From a virus (Duplodnaviria > Caudoviricetes): a DNA stretch of 64,000 nt. The DNA is taken from positions 32,001 to 96,000 of IMG/VR virus record IMGVR_UViG_3300028048_000040; one strand, 5' to 3'. Position 1 is the first letter of the stretch. The number at the start of each line of letters is the position of its first letter. The notes under the pieces are model-generated. The model ran no database searches and was not told the origin of the DNA. It saw nothing but the letters and a program-made list of their open reading frames with translations. The position numbers were made by a program, and so were the translations under genes. Positions 10,583 through 20,961 of the stretch are shown in pieces.

Positions 10583-12331
10583 ATGGCAGATTATATAAAT
10601 ACTACTAATACTATTGGATTTTATAAGTTTAGCAATTCTACTGATTGGGCAAAAAATTCAATCTTAAATCCTTCTATTTATCTTCCACTTCAAGGTTTTA
10701 AAAGAGTTAATACATCTAATAATCAGTGGGGAGATACTGTATTTGGTATAAATCCAACTTTTACAAAAGGTAAATATAAATCTAGACCTTTTGCTATAAA
10801 TTTAACAGAATCAACAGGTATTACGATCAATAATATTAATTTAATAGCTAATTGTATGACAACTGAATTCTGGTTTTATCCAGAAAGAGGATCAAATTTA
10901 ACAGATCCAAATCAATATCATAATGTATATCCAAATGCAATATATCAATTCACTGCTGATGCAAGTAATCCATTTTTATTTGTTTTAAATATTACACAAA
11001 ATTATTCTGATAGAAATAGATATTATACTGGTGATTATTGTTATAGAGTTGACACTGGAGGAACAAGTAGTAATACTTCTATCCATAGAGATATACCCAT
11101 ATATTTAAATTTAGGGTACTGTTGCTATAAAGAGAGATTTGAATTTCAAGCTGTTTATCAAGGATCGGATGGAGCTTCATCTCCACAAGTTAGAATACTG
11201 ACTGCAACTAAAAATTATTGTCCGTCTAACAGATGGTATCATGTAGCAATAACTCAACAACAACTTTCAGAAAGAACTGCAAAAATTTGCTTATTTATCA
11301 ATGGTTCTAAAGTTACAGAAATGAATATAGATTCTGGGTCTACTGCTTATTCCACTAGTAAAGGAGTAAAGTACAAGTATTATCACTATAATAAATTAAA
11401 AATGGGACTCTGTGATCATATATCTATAGGAAATAGATGTTATAGAAATAATGGTATATACGCATATCAATATTATGGACCTAATAATCCTAGTTCTAAT
11501 AATAACAATGCTATGCTATATCCTGGATTTCAAAATATAATAATAGACGATCTTAGAATATCTAATTCTATAGTATATACTGAGAATTTTACTCCACCTG
11601 GTATATCAGGATATCAATTAGTATATATAAATGGTGATGTGTATGGGTATGATGATACATATCAATTTGTCAAGATTGCTTCTGATTGGGATAATAAAAC
11701 TTCAATACAAAAACAATCTATAATTAATACTATGGGATTTGTAGATCTTTCAATAGAAGATATAAAAACTATATCAACAAACCCTTCTGATAATATTCAT
11801 ATAGAGGTCTATGCAACAGACTCTTTACAAAAAACATGTGAAATACCAGAATCTTCTTATGAAACTATAGTTAAACCATCTGAATTATTGCCTAATCCCC
11901 TTCCAGGATCTGATATCAAGAAAATAGATTTTACTTATTCAATATCAACTAGCACAAATTCTGCAATCAAAGTTCTATTAACTACAGATCTTGAAACTTA
12001 TAAAACTTACAATTTTGAACTTAATTCTTGGGTAAATACTCCGTTAGAAGACATATCTTCTTATGGTATACCAATAGATCAAGTTAAGAATATTCCAGAA
12101 GCAGATGTTATGTCATTAGGAGATAATTTTGCCTTTGCTTACTTCTTACATCTGGAACCATATGAAGCAGATTGTAATATAAATAAGTTGGCATTAGATG
12201 TGTCTCTTACATATGCACAAAAACATTGCAATCAATCTATAGCAAACTATGAATATCCTATGTTTAATAAACTTAAAGTAATCTTCTATGAAGATGGTGA
12301 GTTTAAAGTAAATTACATGGACAAACCATAA
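10583..12331 (+). CDS. LamG-like receptor-binding protein, paralog 3
   Basis: ATG at 10583 after AAGGAGG; NTIGFYKFS; TTEFW...WYHVA...IDDLRIS...NFTPP; C-terminus GEFKVNYMD. Confidence 0.65.
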   Translation: MADYINTTNTIGFYKFSNSTDWAKNSILNPSIYLPLQGFKRVNTSNNQWGDTVFGINPTFTKGKYKSRPFAINLTESTGITINNINLIANCMTTEFWFYPERGSNLTDPNQYHNVYPNAIYQFTADASNPFLFVLNITQNYSDRNRYYTGDYCYRVDTGGTSSNTSIHRDIPIYLNLGYCCYKERFEFQAVYQGSDGASSPQVRILTATKNYCPSNRWYHVAITQQQLSERTAKICLFINGSKVTEMNIDSGSTAYSTSKGVKYKYYHYNKLKMGLCDHISIGNRCYRNNGIYAYQYYGPNNPSSNNNNAMLYPGFQNIIIDDLRISNSIVYTENFTPPGISGYQLVYINGDVYGYDDTYQFVKIASDWDNKTSIQKQSIINTMGFVDLSIEDIKTISTNPSDNIHIEVYATDSLQKTCEIPESSYETIVKPSELLPNPLPGSDIKKIDFTYSISTSTNSAIKVLLTTDLETYKTYNFELNSWVNTPLEDISSYGIPIDQVKNIPEADVMSLGDNFAFAYFLHLEPYEADCNINKLALDVSLTYAQKHCNQSIANYEYPMFNKLKVIFYEDGEFKVNYMDKP

Positions 12332-12346
12332 GAGAGGAGGAATAGC

Positions 12347-12931
12347 ATGGCATCTGAAATTAAGAAAGGATATAGAATACCTGCACCATTGACTACAATG
12401 AATTCTTCTCAAGAATATCCTGTAGCAGATATGGAAGACATTGCAGGAGGTTATCACATAACAAGAAATGTAAATGAAATGTATAATATTCCTCGCTTAC
12501 ATAGAAGAGTAGGAATGGTTTGTTATGTAAGAGATGAGGATCAAGAGTATCGTCTGATTATTAATGCTAGCACACCAACAACTACTAGTGTTAATTGGTT
12601 AAAGATTACAACTCCTGGAGGATCTGGTGGTGGTGGAGGAACCCCAGTAGACATGTCTAACTATGTTACAAAAGCTCTATTTGAGCCAGTTAAACAGAAA
12701 GTAGACAATCTTCCAGATATGACTATGATGGCTACTAAGGTTGATGTACAAATAGTCAAAAATAGTATGCAAACTTATGTTGATAATAAGACTGCTAATA
12801 TGGCTACAATGGATGATTTACCAGATATTTCTCCATTTTTAACTCAACCTCAAATAGAAGATCTAATAGACGAATCAGATAATGATGATGATGTTACTCA
12901 AAGTGAAATAGACGCTCTATTCAGCACATAA
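12347..12931 (+). CDS. Short fiber/adaptor protein with shared N-terminal domain
   Basis: YPVADMEDIAGGYH...IPRLHRRVGMVCYV...EYRL...NW. Confidence 0.65.
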   Translation: MASEIKKGYRIPAPLTTMNSSQEYPVADMEDIAGGYHITRNVNEMYNIPRLHRRVGMVCYVRDEDQEYRLIINASTPTTTSVNWLKITTPGGSGGGGGTPVDMSNYVTKALFEPVKQKVDNLPDMTMMATKVDVQIVKNSMQTYVDNKTANMATMDDLPDISPFLTQPQIEDLIDESDNDDDVTQSEIDALFST

Positions 12932-13018
12932 AATAATAAGTCCGGAGTATAACACTCCGGACTTATAAATAAGTGATTCTAGAAAAATCCTTAAATTAGA
13001 AGAAAGGATGATATTTTA

Positions 13019-16000
13019 ATGGCTAGAAATAAAGGCTATTTAGTTCCAGGCACAGTCAAAACATTAGATGATAGAGATAAATATCCTGTCGTTGATGTGA
13101 ATGACATTGCCGGTGCACGACATATTGTGCAATCAGATAATGCCAGACTAAATATTCCTAAACTCCGTCGTAAAGTCGGTATGGAATGTCTTGTTGTTGA
13201 CACCAATACTTTAGATGGTTCAGTGGCATTTAGGCTGTATAAACTTAAAAACAATCCAAACACAGAAGCAACTACTGCAAGTGATTGGGAAGAAATGGCT
13301 GATCTCACTGCAGCTGAGATTGCTAATTTTATTACTGATAGTAATTTAACTACTAAACTTTCTAACTATGTTCAAAAGAGTGATCTGCCTAATATAACAG
13401 ATTATCTTAAAACTGCTGATGCAGAAACTACATATGCTAAGAAAGATGAAGTATACAGTAAGACAGATGCAGATAGTACATTTGCTAAGAAGGCAGATCT
13501 TCCTGAATTCGATAAAATCGTAGTAGACGTAGTAACACCAGATGTATTGAATGTAGCATTCAATACAGATATCAATACCGCAAATGTGTTACCAACTCAA
13601 GTTGATGTAACATATGAAGATGGTACTAGTGGTAAGGTTGATGTAAACTGGAATACTACTACTTACGATAAAGAAAAATCTGAATTACAAGTTGTGCTTG
13701 GTACCCTGGACTTATCAACAGGCACCAAGAATGCTATCGTCACTGCAGTTCAGCATATTATCGTAGGTGCAGATATTCATATTCTTGATGAGATTGTTAG
13801 CACCAATCCTGTTGTGTTAACCGATCTCTATAATACTCCATTTGATAATCTTGAACTTCCTGAGAAGATGAAGGTTAAATATACTGATGGTACTACTGGT
13901 TTCCTTAATATTGATTGGAGTGCAGCTTCTTCAGTATATAATCCTCAGTCATTGACTGAACAAACTCTTGTCGGTGAATTTATCTTAACTGAAAAAGACA
14001 AACAGCCAGTTGTACCTATTGATCCCCCTTCAGCAAAAGTAACCCTATTCCAACAGAAGAAGATTGTTTCTCAGGCAGCGATCAATGATGTTTCTGTTCT
14101 TCAGGAAACTGCATTTGCTGATGCTGGATTCCCAACTAAGAATACAGTAACTCTTGATGATGGTTCTACTGTTGAACTTGATATTGTTTGGAATAAGGGT
14201 TCTTATAACCCACTTACTGTTTCTCATCAATCTCTAACTGGTGAATATGTACTTCCAAAGAATATTACTAATGAGGATGATATTACTCCAATCATTGCTT
14301 TTGAAGTATGTGCTAAACCAGATATTTGTGATGCAGAAGATCCTACTATGGCTCCTGTAAATCTTGGAGTATCTATTAATGATCTTCCACTTCCAGCATC
14401 TACAAATGTAACTATCTTACCTCATGATTATGATGGCGTAAACGTATTGATGACTCAGGGTACAGCCAATATTAACTGGGATTTAACAGAAACTGATTAT
14501 GACCCAACTACTCCTGGCGATTATTACATTACTGGTGAACTTGTTCCTCCTGCAGGAGTAACCAATAAGACAAATATTACTGTTGAAGTAAAAGTAACTG
14601 TATTAGCAGCTACTGGTCCTTCTTATTGGGTAAAAAATGTTCCTATCATTAATCATGCTGATTTGGCAAATGGTTCCAAAATTATTGATGTAGTAGAACC
14701 TGCAACTGTTGATATTACTATTGGTACTAATAGCGGTCCTGACTTTACAGATACTGCTACAGTTGTTTGGACTCCAGATCCTACATTTGATGGTTCTCCT
14801 GCTACAGAAACTACATATGTATGGACTGGTGTGATTACTCCATCTGATCCATCTTATGTTGTTAATGGTAAGAAAGCACAGATGTATGTTAAGGTTCTAG
14901 CTCCTGTGGTGGAAACATATACTTTAGTATCTATTGATGATCCTGTTGGTTCTGCAACAGTTACTGAAGGAGATACATTTGCTGATCAAGATGCTCTTGA
15001 AGCAGCCCTTGGTTTACCAACTCAAGTACAGGTAACTGTACTCAAAGCGCCAGATAATACTCAAACTCAGTATACTGCTGATATCTCTGTATGGAATCTA
15101 ACTAATATTGATAATGATGGAGATAGTGTAATTGATAATGTTGCTTCTCTTAGCCAGCCAATCAAAGTATATGGTACTATTCTCCCAACATCAATGATTC
15201 CTGGTGTAAGTGTAAATACTAATGGCTTAGCAGTTGAGTTCAATGTAACAGTAAATGCAAAACCAGTTGTTCCTGCTACTCGTAGAACAATTAAGAGTGT
15301 AAGCACTACTATTAATCCAATTGATGTAGAATTTGGTTCTAATGTAAATGATGTTAAGACTGAACTGAATACCAATTTCCCAACAGTAGATATTGTTATT
15401 GATGATCCTACTAATGGTGATACTCCAATGACTGGTGTTGCTGTAACTTGGGAAATACCATCAACTGCCGACAATACTCAGGCTAATAGCACATGGTATG
15501 CTATAGGTACACTTGATACTGCTTCTCTTGAAGCTCTTGCTGATCCAGTATATGATGATAATAATATTAGCCCAATTAAAGTAGCTGTAAATGTTGGTGC
15601 TGCTCCTGTTGTTAAGACCATTGATAGCTATGCAATTAAAGGACCTAACACTTCTTTCACTGTAGAAAATGGTACTGCTGAAGCAGATATCCCATTCACA
15701 GAAAATACACTGGATATAGTTGTTGCTAATTGCTTAGTCAATGGTAATGCTGAAACTCATGATTTAGCAGTCACTGCATGGCAACCAGTAACCACTTATG
15801 ATGGTACTACTGCTGGTAACTATGACTTCACTCCAGTATTTGATAATAGTAGCTTGACTACTAATGGTTATACTGGTAACCCAACAATTCCTATAGTTAA
15901 AGTAACTGTAAAAGCTGCTGAAAGTACTGATCCATCAGCTCCTGATCCTGATGTATATGGCCCATCTGCTCCAGTATCTGCTTTAACCAATAAGATTGGT

Positions 16001-16474
16001 ATGTCTGAATTTAGTGATGAGTGCTTCTTAAAATTAGTAGCTCTTGGTGATAATTTAGAAACTGCTTGGATGGGCGAATTTGATGAAAATGATGAAGATG
16101 AACATGTAGATCCAGATACAAGAAGTGTAGATATTAGATACATGGGTACTCCAGTGTATAATATTCCTGGTGGTATTAGAATTCCTGCAAGCTTTGCAGA
16201 TGAATTAGAAACTCCAGAAACTTATACTGCATATCAAGCTAAGCTTGCTGAACTTGGTATTCCTGATGGTACATTTGGAACTGATGGTGCTCCAGTTACC
16301 ATAGTATCTATTAATATCATTCCTCCAGCAAGTAATTCTGCTGCAGATATTGCTTCTGCTAAAACTGCATCTGATATTCAGTTCAGTGCACCTATTCAGA
16401 ATGCTATATTTACAATTCGTATTGCTAAACCTGGCTACGTTATCAAAGCATCTGCTGGACCTAATGCGTATTAA
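13019..16474 (+). CDS. Large Ig-like (Big_4-type) repeat fiber protein
   Basis: Shared N-terminal domain, then about 8 repeats of LP-x2-V-x-V-x-Y-x-DG-x4-V-x-W-x4-Y...G; GACT-N6-TA at 12960-12971. Confidence 0.75.
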   Translation: MARNKGYLVPGTVKTLDDRDKYPVVDVNDIAGARHIVQSDNARLNIPKLRRKVGMECLVVDTNTLDGSVAFRLYKLKNNPNTEATTASDWEEMADLTAAEIANFITDSNLTTKLSNYVQKSDLPNITDYLKTADAETTYAKKDEVYSKTDADSTFAKKADLPEFDKIVVDVVTPDVLNVAFNTDINTANVLPTQVDVTYEDGTSGKVDVNWNTTTYDKEKSELQVVLGTLDLSTGTKNAIVTAVQHIIVGADIHILDEIVSTNPVVLTDLYNTPFDNLELPEKMKVKYTDGTTGFLNIDWSAASSVYNPQSLTEQTLVGEFILTEKDKQPVVPIDPPSAKVTLFQQKKIVSQAAINDVSVLQETAFADAGFPTKNTVTLDDGSTVELDIVWNKGSYNPLTVSHQSLTGEYVLPKNITNEDDITPIIAFEVCAKPDICDAEDPTMAPVNLGVSINDLPLPASTNVTILPHDYDGVNVLMTQGTANINWDLTETDYDPTTPGDYYITGELVPPAGVTNKTNITVEVKVTVLAATGPSYWVKNVPIINHADLANGSKIIDVVEPATVDITIGTNSGPDFTDTATVVWTPDPTFDGSPATETTYVWTGVITPSDPSYVVNGKKAQMYVKVLAPVVETYTLVSIDDPVGSATVTEGDTFADQDALEAALGLPTQVQVTVLKAPDNTQTQYTADISVWNLTNIDNDGDSVIDNVASLSQPIKVYGTILPTSMIPGVSVNTNGLAVEFNVTVNAKPVVPATRRTIKSVSTTINPIDVEFGSNVNDVKTELNTNFPTVDIVIDDPTNGDTPMTGVAVTWEIPSTADNTQANSTWYAIGTLDTASLEALADPVYDDNNISPIKVAVNVGAAPVVKTIDSYAIKGPNTSFTVENGTAEADIPFTENTLDIVVANCLVNGNAETHDLAVTAWQPVTTYDGTTAGNYDFTPVFDNSSLTTNGYTGNPTIPIVKVTVKAAESTDPSAPDPDVYGPSAPVSALTNKIGMSEFSDECFLKLVALGDNLETAWMGEFDENDEDEHVDPDTRSVDIRYMGTPVYNIPGGIRIPASFADELETPETYTAYQAKLAELGIPDGTFGTDGAPVTIVSINIIPPASNSAADIASAKTASDIQFSAPIQNAIFTIRIAKPGYVIKASAGPNAY

Positions 16475-16587
16475 TAATTATTCACTAAGAGGTGTCTATT
16501 ATAAAGATGCCTCTTAGTTTTATATAAATTCATATCTAAAAGAAAGGAGGGTATCCCTTTCTTTTAAATTGAAAGGGAGATTGAGAT

Positions 16588-17313
16588 ATGTTTGCAACTC
16601 CAGAAAGTCAGTTATATAAAAATCAGTATGATTCTTTATTTGAAGACACTGAAAAAAATCCTTACCTCAAATCTAGTAAAGTGGCTTCTAAGAATAAAGC
16701 ATTAAAGTTTAAAGATGATACTGGTAAGAAAGTTAAAAATGTAGTAAATGCTATTAATGCTAATAAAGAAGCGATTGATGCTTTAACCAATACTACTGTA
16801 ACCCAACTTGCTAGTCAGAATACTAAAATTGGTAACCTAGATGGTGATCCAGAATTATATGAGGCATTCCAGGCTACAGGTTATTCTAACTTAGCTGAAG
16901 GTATTATTAATCTTCATGAAAAGACAACTACAGATGTAAAGAACATTGTATTTGTATTTCCAAAAGTAAATACATCTACTATCTTTCCTGAACTTTATAT
17001 TCCATTTGATATGCATTTAGAAAATGTTACGGTACGATTCTCTGTAGAAGATAATCAAGAAATGGAAACATTTACAAACAATATAAAAGTCGTCCTACAA
17101 CATACAAGTAATGACAATCCAACTGAATTTACTACTTTTAAAGAAGTAGTAATGGAAAACACTAATCAAAATTCTTTTATTAGTGTGAATTTTACAGAAG
17201 ACGACGAGATTAGAGATTTGCCTGCTGGAATTATGAAAGCTAGAATTACAGAATTCCCAGACAATATCAAAAATGTTAATATCGTCGTATCAGCAACTAA
17301 AGCTAATATTTAA
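16588..17313 (+). CDS. Hypothetical structural protein
   Basis: 241-aa ORF with SD inside the structural cluster. Confidence 0.6.
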   Translation: MFATPESQLYKNQYDSLFEDTEKNPYLKSSKVASKNKALKFKDDTGKKVKNVVNAINANKEAIDALTNTTVTQLASQNTKIGNLDGDPELYEAFQATGYSNLAEGIINLHEKTTTDVKNIVFVFPKVNTSTIFPELYIPFDMHLENVTVRFSVEDNQEMETFTNNIKVVLQHTSNDNPTEFTTFKEVVMENTNQNSFISVNFTEDDEIRDLPAGIMKARITEFPDNIKNVNIVVSATKANI

Positions 17314-17334
17314 TTATAAAGGAGAATGATTAAC

Positions 17335-17916
17335 ATGGCAGTAGCTCCAATTGTCGAATATTATCGTTTAGAAGGCACAACTGGTTCATATCAGTTTGTT
17401 GATGCTAACAATCCATCTACTCAGCTTGATTTTGGTACTGTAGATGCTGGCACTTCTACTCATGAAGGAACTATTACAAATATTACTTCTAGCCTTGCTG
17501 GCTGTCAAGTATTTGCTATTTTCAATAACAAAAGTGCTACTGGTGGTCCTGTATCTGATATGCAGAATGCTGTACTTAGCGTAGTAGATGATACTGGTAG
17601 CTCTGCTGGTACAGTTTATGAAGGTCGTTGGATTAATGTAGTCCTGAATGATGGTGATGAAAACGATCCTGTTAAACTTGGTAAATATAAAGCAACTACA
17701 GATCATCCAGCTGATACAGAAGAAACTAAACTAGATCTTACTGCTGCTGGTCTTGATGCTGTAAATGATAAAGGCACTATCAAAGGTACTACTAATGGCG
17801 GTACTCTTGCCGATACAACCAACTATGCTATCATTAAGACTTGGGTACATCCTGAAGCTAATGCAGATGCTGGTTCTCATAACTTCCGTCTGCGTACCAC
17901 TTACTCTTATACTTAA
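17335..17916 (+). CDS. Structural protein, paralog of 28448 and 28945
   Basis: DFGTVDAG...IFNNK...SDMQNAVLSVVD..G...WINV...IKGTTNGG...FRLR; ATG at 17335 fits the SD spacing. Confidence 0.65.
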   Translation: MAVAPIVEYYRLEGTTGSYQFVDANNPSTQLDFGTVDAGTSTHEGTITNITSSLAGCQVFAIFNNKSATGGPVSDMQNAVLSVVDDTGSSAGTVYEGRWINVVLNDGDENDPVKLGKYKATTDHPADTEETKLDLTAAGLDAVNDKGTIKGTTNGGTLADTTNYAIIKTWVHPEANADAGSHNFRLRTTYSYT

Positions 17917-18008
17917 TAGAAATTAAGACCTTCTACTTATAGTTAAACTTAAATAAACAATAGGTAGGGTGATTTTCATCCTACCTATAAATTTTAAGGA
18001 GGGTCATT

Positions 18009-18626
18009 ATGACAACAACAAGTTTAATAGAAAAGCTAAGATCACCGGAACATGATCAGGCTTATATTTATTATGCTGAATACTATGATGGAACTAAACT
18101 ATATGAATATGATAATAGTCATATTCATACAGATTTTAAAGACATTGATCAATCCAAAGTAAAATACTTTGGATTAATTGGTAATGGAATGAAAATCTAT
18201 TGGGATATTCCTACTGGTATTCTCCATATTGGTAAAAAAGAGTTTATGATTAGATTATCATCCAATGCATCTGTATTGCCCATGATTGGAGTTAAGAAAG
18301 ATCTTATTACTTTTAAGATGGCTCATACTGATAGTGTTATTAGTGGTGGAGTTATTCAAAAGAGTGAAAAGGGTAATGTTATAGATTCATATTTTATTGG
18401 ATTTAAGATGAATCTAGATTCTGTCTATACTCAGATTCTATTTGGTATTCCTATGACAGGACCAGATAGAAAACCATTCTTTGGCGTAAGAATCTCTAAT
18501 AAGAATAATGAGAATTATACTGCAGAATTGGTTGGATTAACTGGAGAAGACAAATCTGGATTTACTAAAAAAGAAATCAAACTTAAAGATGGTAAATCAT
18601 CTGCAATTGAGTTATATTTTAATTAA
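18009..18626 (+). CDS. Hypothetical protein, paralog of 29504
   Basis: SPE...YIYYAE..DG..LYEYD...DF....FGLIGNG...ID.Y.IG..PFF. Confidence 0.6.
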   Translation: MTTTSLIEKLRSPEHDQAYIYYAEYYDGTKLYEYDNSHIHTDFKDIDQSKVKYFGLIGNGMKIYWDIPTGILHIGKKEFMIRLSSNASVLPMIGVKKDLITFKMAHTDSVISGGVIQKSEKGNVIDSYFIGFKMNLDSVYTQILFGIPMTGPDRKPFFGVRISNKNNENYTAELVGLTGEDKSGFTKKEIKLKDGKSSAIELYFN

Positions 18627-18642
18627 TACGAGGTGAATATTA

Positions 18643-19971
18643 ATGGCAGCACCTGTTACAACTGGCAAATATGTCAGTGGTCTGAGTGGAATGAGCATTG
18701 ATGACTATATCAAATGCGTCTATGAAGCACCATTTGACAATGTTGCTGGATATTTTTCTCAGTTAGGTAATAAAGAACCATGGATAGAGATGCATACTAC
18801 TACTAATGGTGGAGCTGAAGTAGTAAGTAAAGAACCGTATAGTGAACTTCCTACTACTCCAACATCAAACAATATCTCTGGTTTCTTTTATCTGATTAAA
18901 GTAGATAATGGTATGCTTATTGCTGATCGTATGGTTCAGCAAGCTATCTCATGGGAATCTCTTAATAAGAAAAACTACATCTATGGTGGTGTATTTGATA
19001 CTGTTAATAGTAGAACTGTGTGCTATAAAGACATTCAGTCCAGAGAATATAATTCTGAAACTGATACCACTACAGAAGTTACTAAATATTATAATCCAGA
19101 TAATGGTGAAGAGATTACTGCTGCTCAGGCACAGAATTACTTTAATGATTATGATAAGAAGATTATTAAAAAATCTGTAACCTCAGTAGATAATACATCT
19201 ACTCCTACTATAATTACAACTGTAACTACTACAACTCATTATGCCTATATTCCAGATGAGCTACCAGATAGAATTCAGAATGCTGTAATTGATTATGATA
19301 GTTATGAGGACTATCTTGATTTTGATGAAGAGAAGAATATACCAGTTATAAAGATTCCTTATAATTCTGAAATCAGTGCAATCTCTGATAGACTCAATTC
19401 TGTTACTCAGGCTAAATGCACTATACTGAAAGATGATGGCAGTACTGAGCAAGTCAATATTGATGTTACTTGGGATTATAATCTAAGAGATAAAGATGAT
19501 AACATTGTTGATCCTGTATATAAGAAGGGTGACGTAGACAATGTAATTATCTATGGTGATCTTGCTGATATGGATATTGATCCAGAACATCCAATTCAGA
19601 ATCCAAATGATATCAAAGCATCTTGTGTTGTTATGATTCAAACTGATGAAATCGTAGGAGTTAAAACACAAATTGCTGATATTACAGTAAATACTGAAAC
19701 TGGTGCAGTTGATCTTTCAGATCAGCTTGCTAATACATATCCTTCTTGTACTGTATATTGCCAGAGATATGGTGCTGCAGAAGATGAAGAACCATATGAA
19801 CAACCAAATGTTGCTATCGTATGGGATGCAAGCAACTATACTCCTGGTGTAGTTGGTACAACTACAATTGTTGGTGAACTTAGTGGATATAAGAGCTATG
19901 GTTTAAGCAATACTGCTGGTATTAGAGTAGAAGTTACTGTAATTACTGAACCTGTAGTTTCTGGTTCTTAA
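18643..19971 (+). CDS. Tail-associated protein (ADR..Q..ISW..LN domain plus two Ig-like repeats)
   Basis: N-terminal domain related to the repeats of 20962; C-terminal Big_4-like units. Confidence 0.6.
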   Translation: MAAPVTTGKYVSGLSGMSIDDYIKCVYEAPFDNVAGYFSQLGNKEPWIEMHTTTNGGAEVVSKEPYSELPTTPTSNNISGFFYLIKVDNGMLIADRMVQQAISWESLNKKNYIYGGVFDTVNSRTVCYKDIQSREYNSETDTTTEVTKYYNPDNGEEITAAQAQNYFNDYDKKIIKKSVTSVDNTSTPTIITTVTTTTHYAYIPDELPDRIQNAVIDYDSYEDYLDFDEEKNIPVIKIPYNSEISAISDRLNSVTQAKCTILKDDGSTEQVNIDVTWDYNLRDKDDNIVDPVYKKGDVDNVIIYGDLADMDIDPEHPIQNPNDIKASCVVMIQTDEIVGVKTQIADITVNTETGAVDLSDQLANTYPSCTVYCQRYGAAEDEEPYEQPNVAIVWDASNYTPGVVGTTTIVGELSGYKSYGLSNTAGIRVEVTVITEPVVSGS

Positions 19972-20115
19972 TACAGAGAGTAATAAAAGAATAACTTATA
20001 AACTTAGAATAGAATAGGCTAAATAAGCCTATTCTTTTCTTATTCTAGACAATAGTGTAACGGGATATTATAACCCCATTATACATTTACAATGCAATGT
20101 AAAGGAGGCCCTTTT

Positions 20116-20922
20116 ATGGCAACTACATTAAGTTACCTAGACACTAAAAATCATAGACTCTATGATAGAACTAAAGCTTCTATTACTCAAGGTTTAGTTA
20201 CTATCACTAATGAGTTTGGTAAATTTGATGGTTCTTGTATCGACTTTACTAATCCATCTCATACTGGTATTCTGTTTCCTAATGGAGTAAATTACTCTAA
20301 CGAAGCATTTACTATTTCTGCTTGGATTAGACTAACTGATACAATTGATAACTTTGTTTTCATTGGCAATGCTGATGATGTAACAGATATTGATGCTTGG
20401 GAGACTGGTAATGATACTGCATTATCTGCAGAGACTTTAGATCATACTACTCCTACCGAGTTTGTTGTTTCTACTGATGCCCAGCATCTAGTAAACGCTA
20501 GTATTATTGCCTTAGAAGATTATTCTTGGCATCATTTTGTATTAACTCGTATTAAAGGATCTCCAAATGATTCTCTGATTCAGTTTGTTGATGGTGTTAA
20601 GATTTCTGAAACTACTTTAGAGACAGCTAAGAATATTGACTTCTCTAAACTAGTAATTGGTTGTAGTGGTGGAGAAAATCCATTGATTGGTTATATGGAT
20701 GATTTCTGCTTAATTAAAGGAGCTAATCTTTGGACTGCAGCATTTACTCCTCCAGCAGTTCCTATTAGAGAAGCAACTGGACTGACTGCTCAGTCAGATA
20801 TTGCTTCTCAGACTGCTAGAACATGGAATGGTAGTACTGATATTATTGATTGCTCTACTAACCCAAATATTGCTACTTGGGAATTACTAGAACTGAATAA
20901 AAGTTTCGCTCTTAAGCTATAA
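20116..20922 (+). CDS. LamG-like domain protein
   Basis: FTISAW...WHHF...FVDG...GYMDDF...FTPP; ATG at 20116 after AAGGAGG; GACA-N6-TA at 20048-20059. Confidence 0.75.
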   Translation: MATTLSYLDTKNHRLYDRTKASITQGLVTITNEFGKFDGSCIDFTNPSHTGILFPNGVNYSNEAFTISAWIRLTDTIDNFVFIGNADDVTDIDAWETGNDTALSAETLDHTTPTEFVVSTDAQHLVNASIIALEDYSWHHFVLTRIKGSPNDSLIQFVDGVKISETTLETAKNIDFSKLVIGCSGGENPLIGYMDDFCLIKGANLWTAAFTPPAVPIREATGLTAQSDIASQTARTWNGSTDIIDCSTNPNIATWELLELNKSFALKL

Positions 20923-20961
20923 GCTTTTCTATTAATACAATAATGGAAAGGGGATTTAAAT

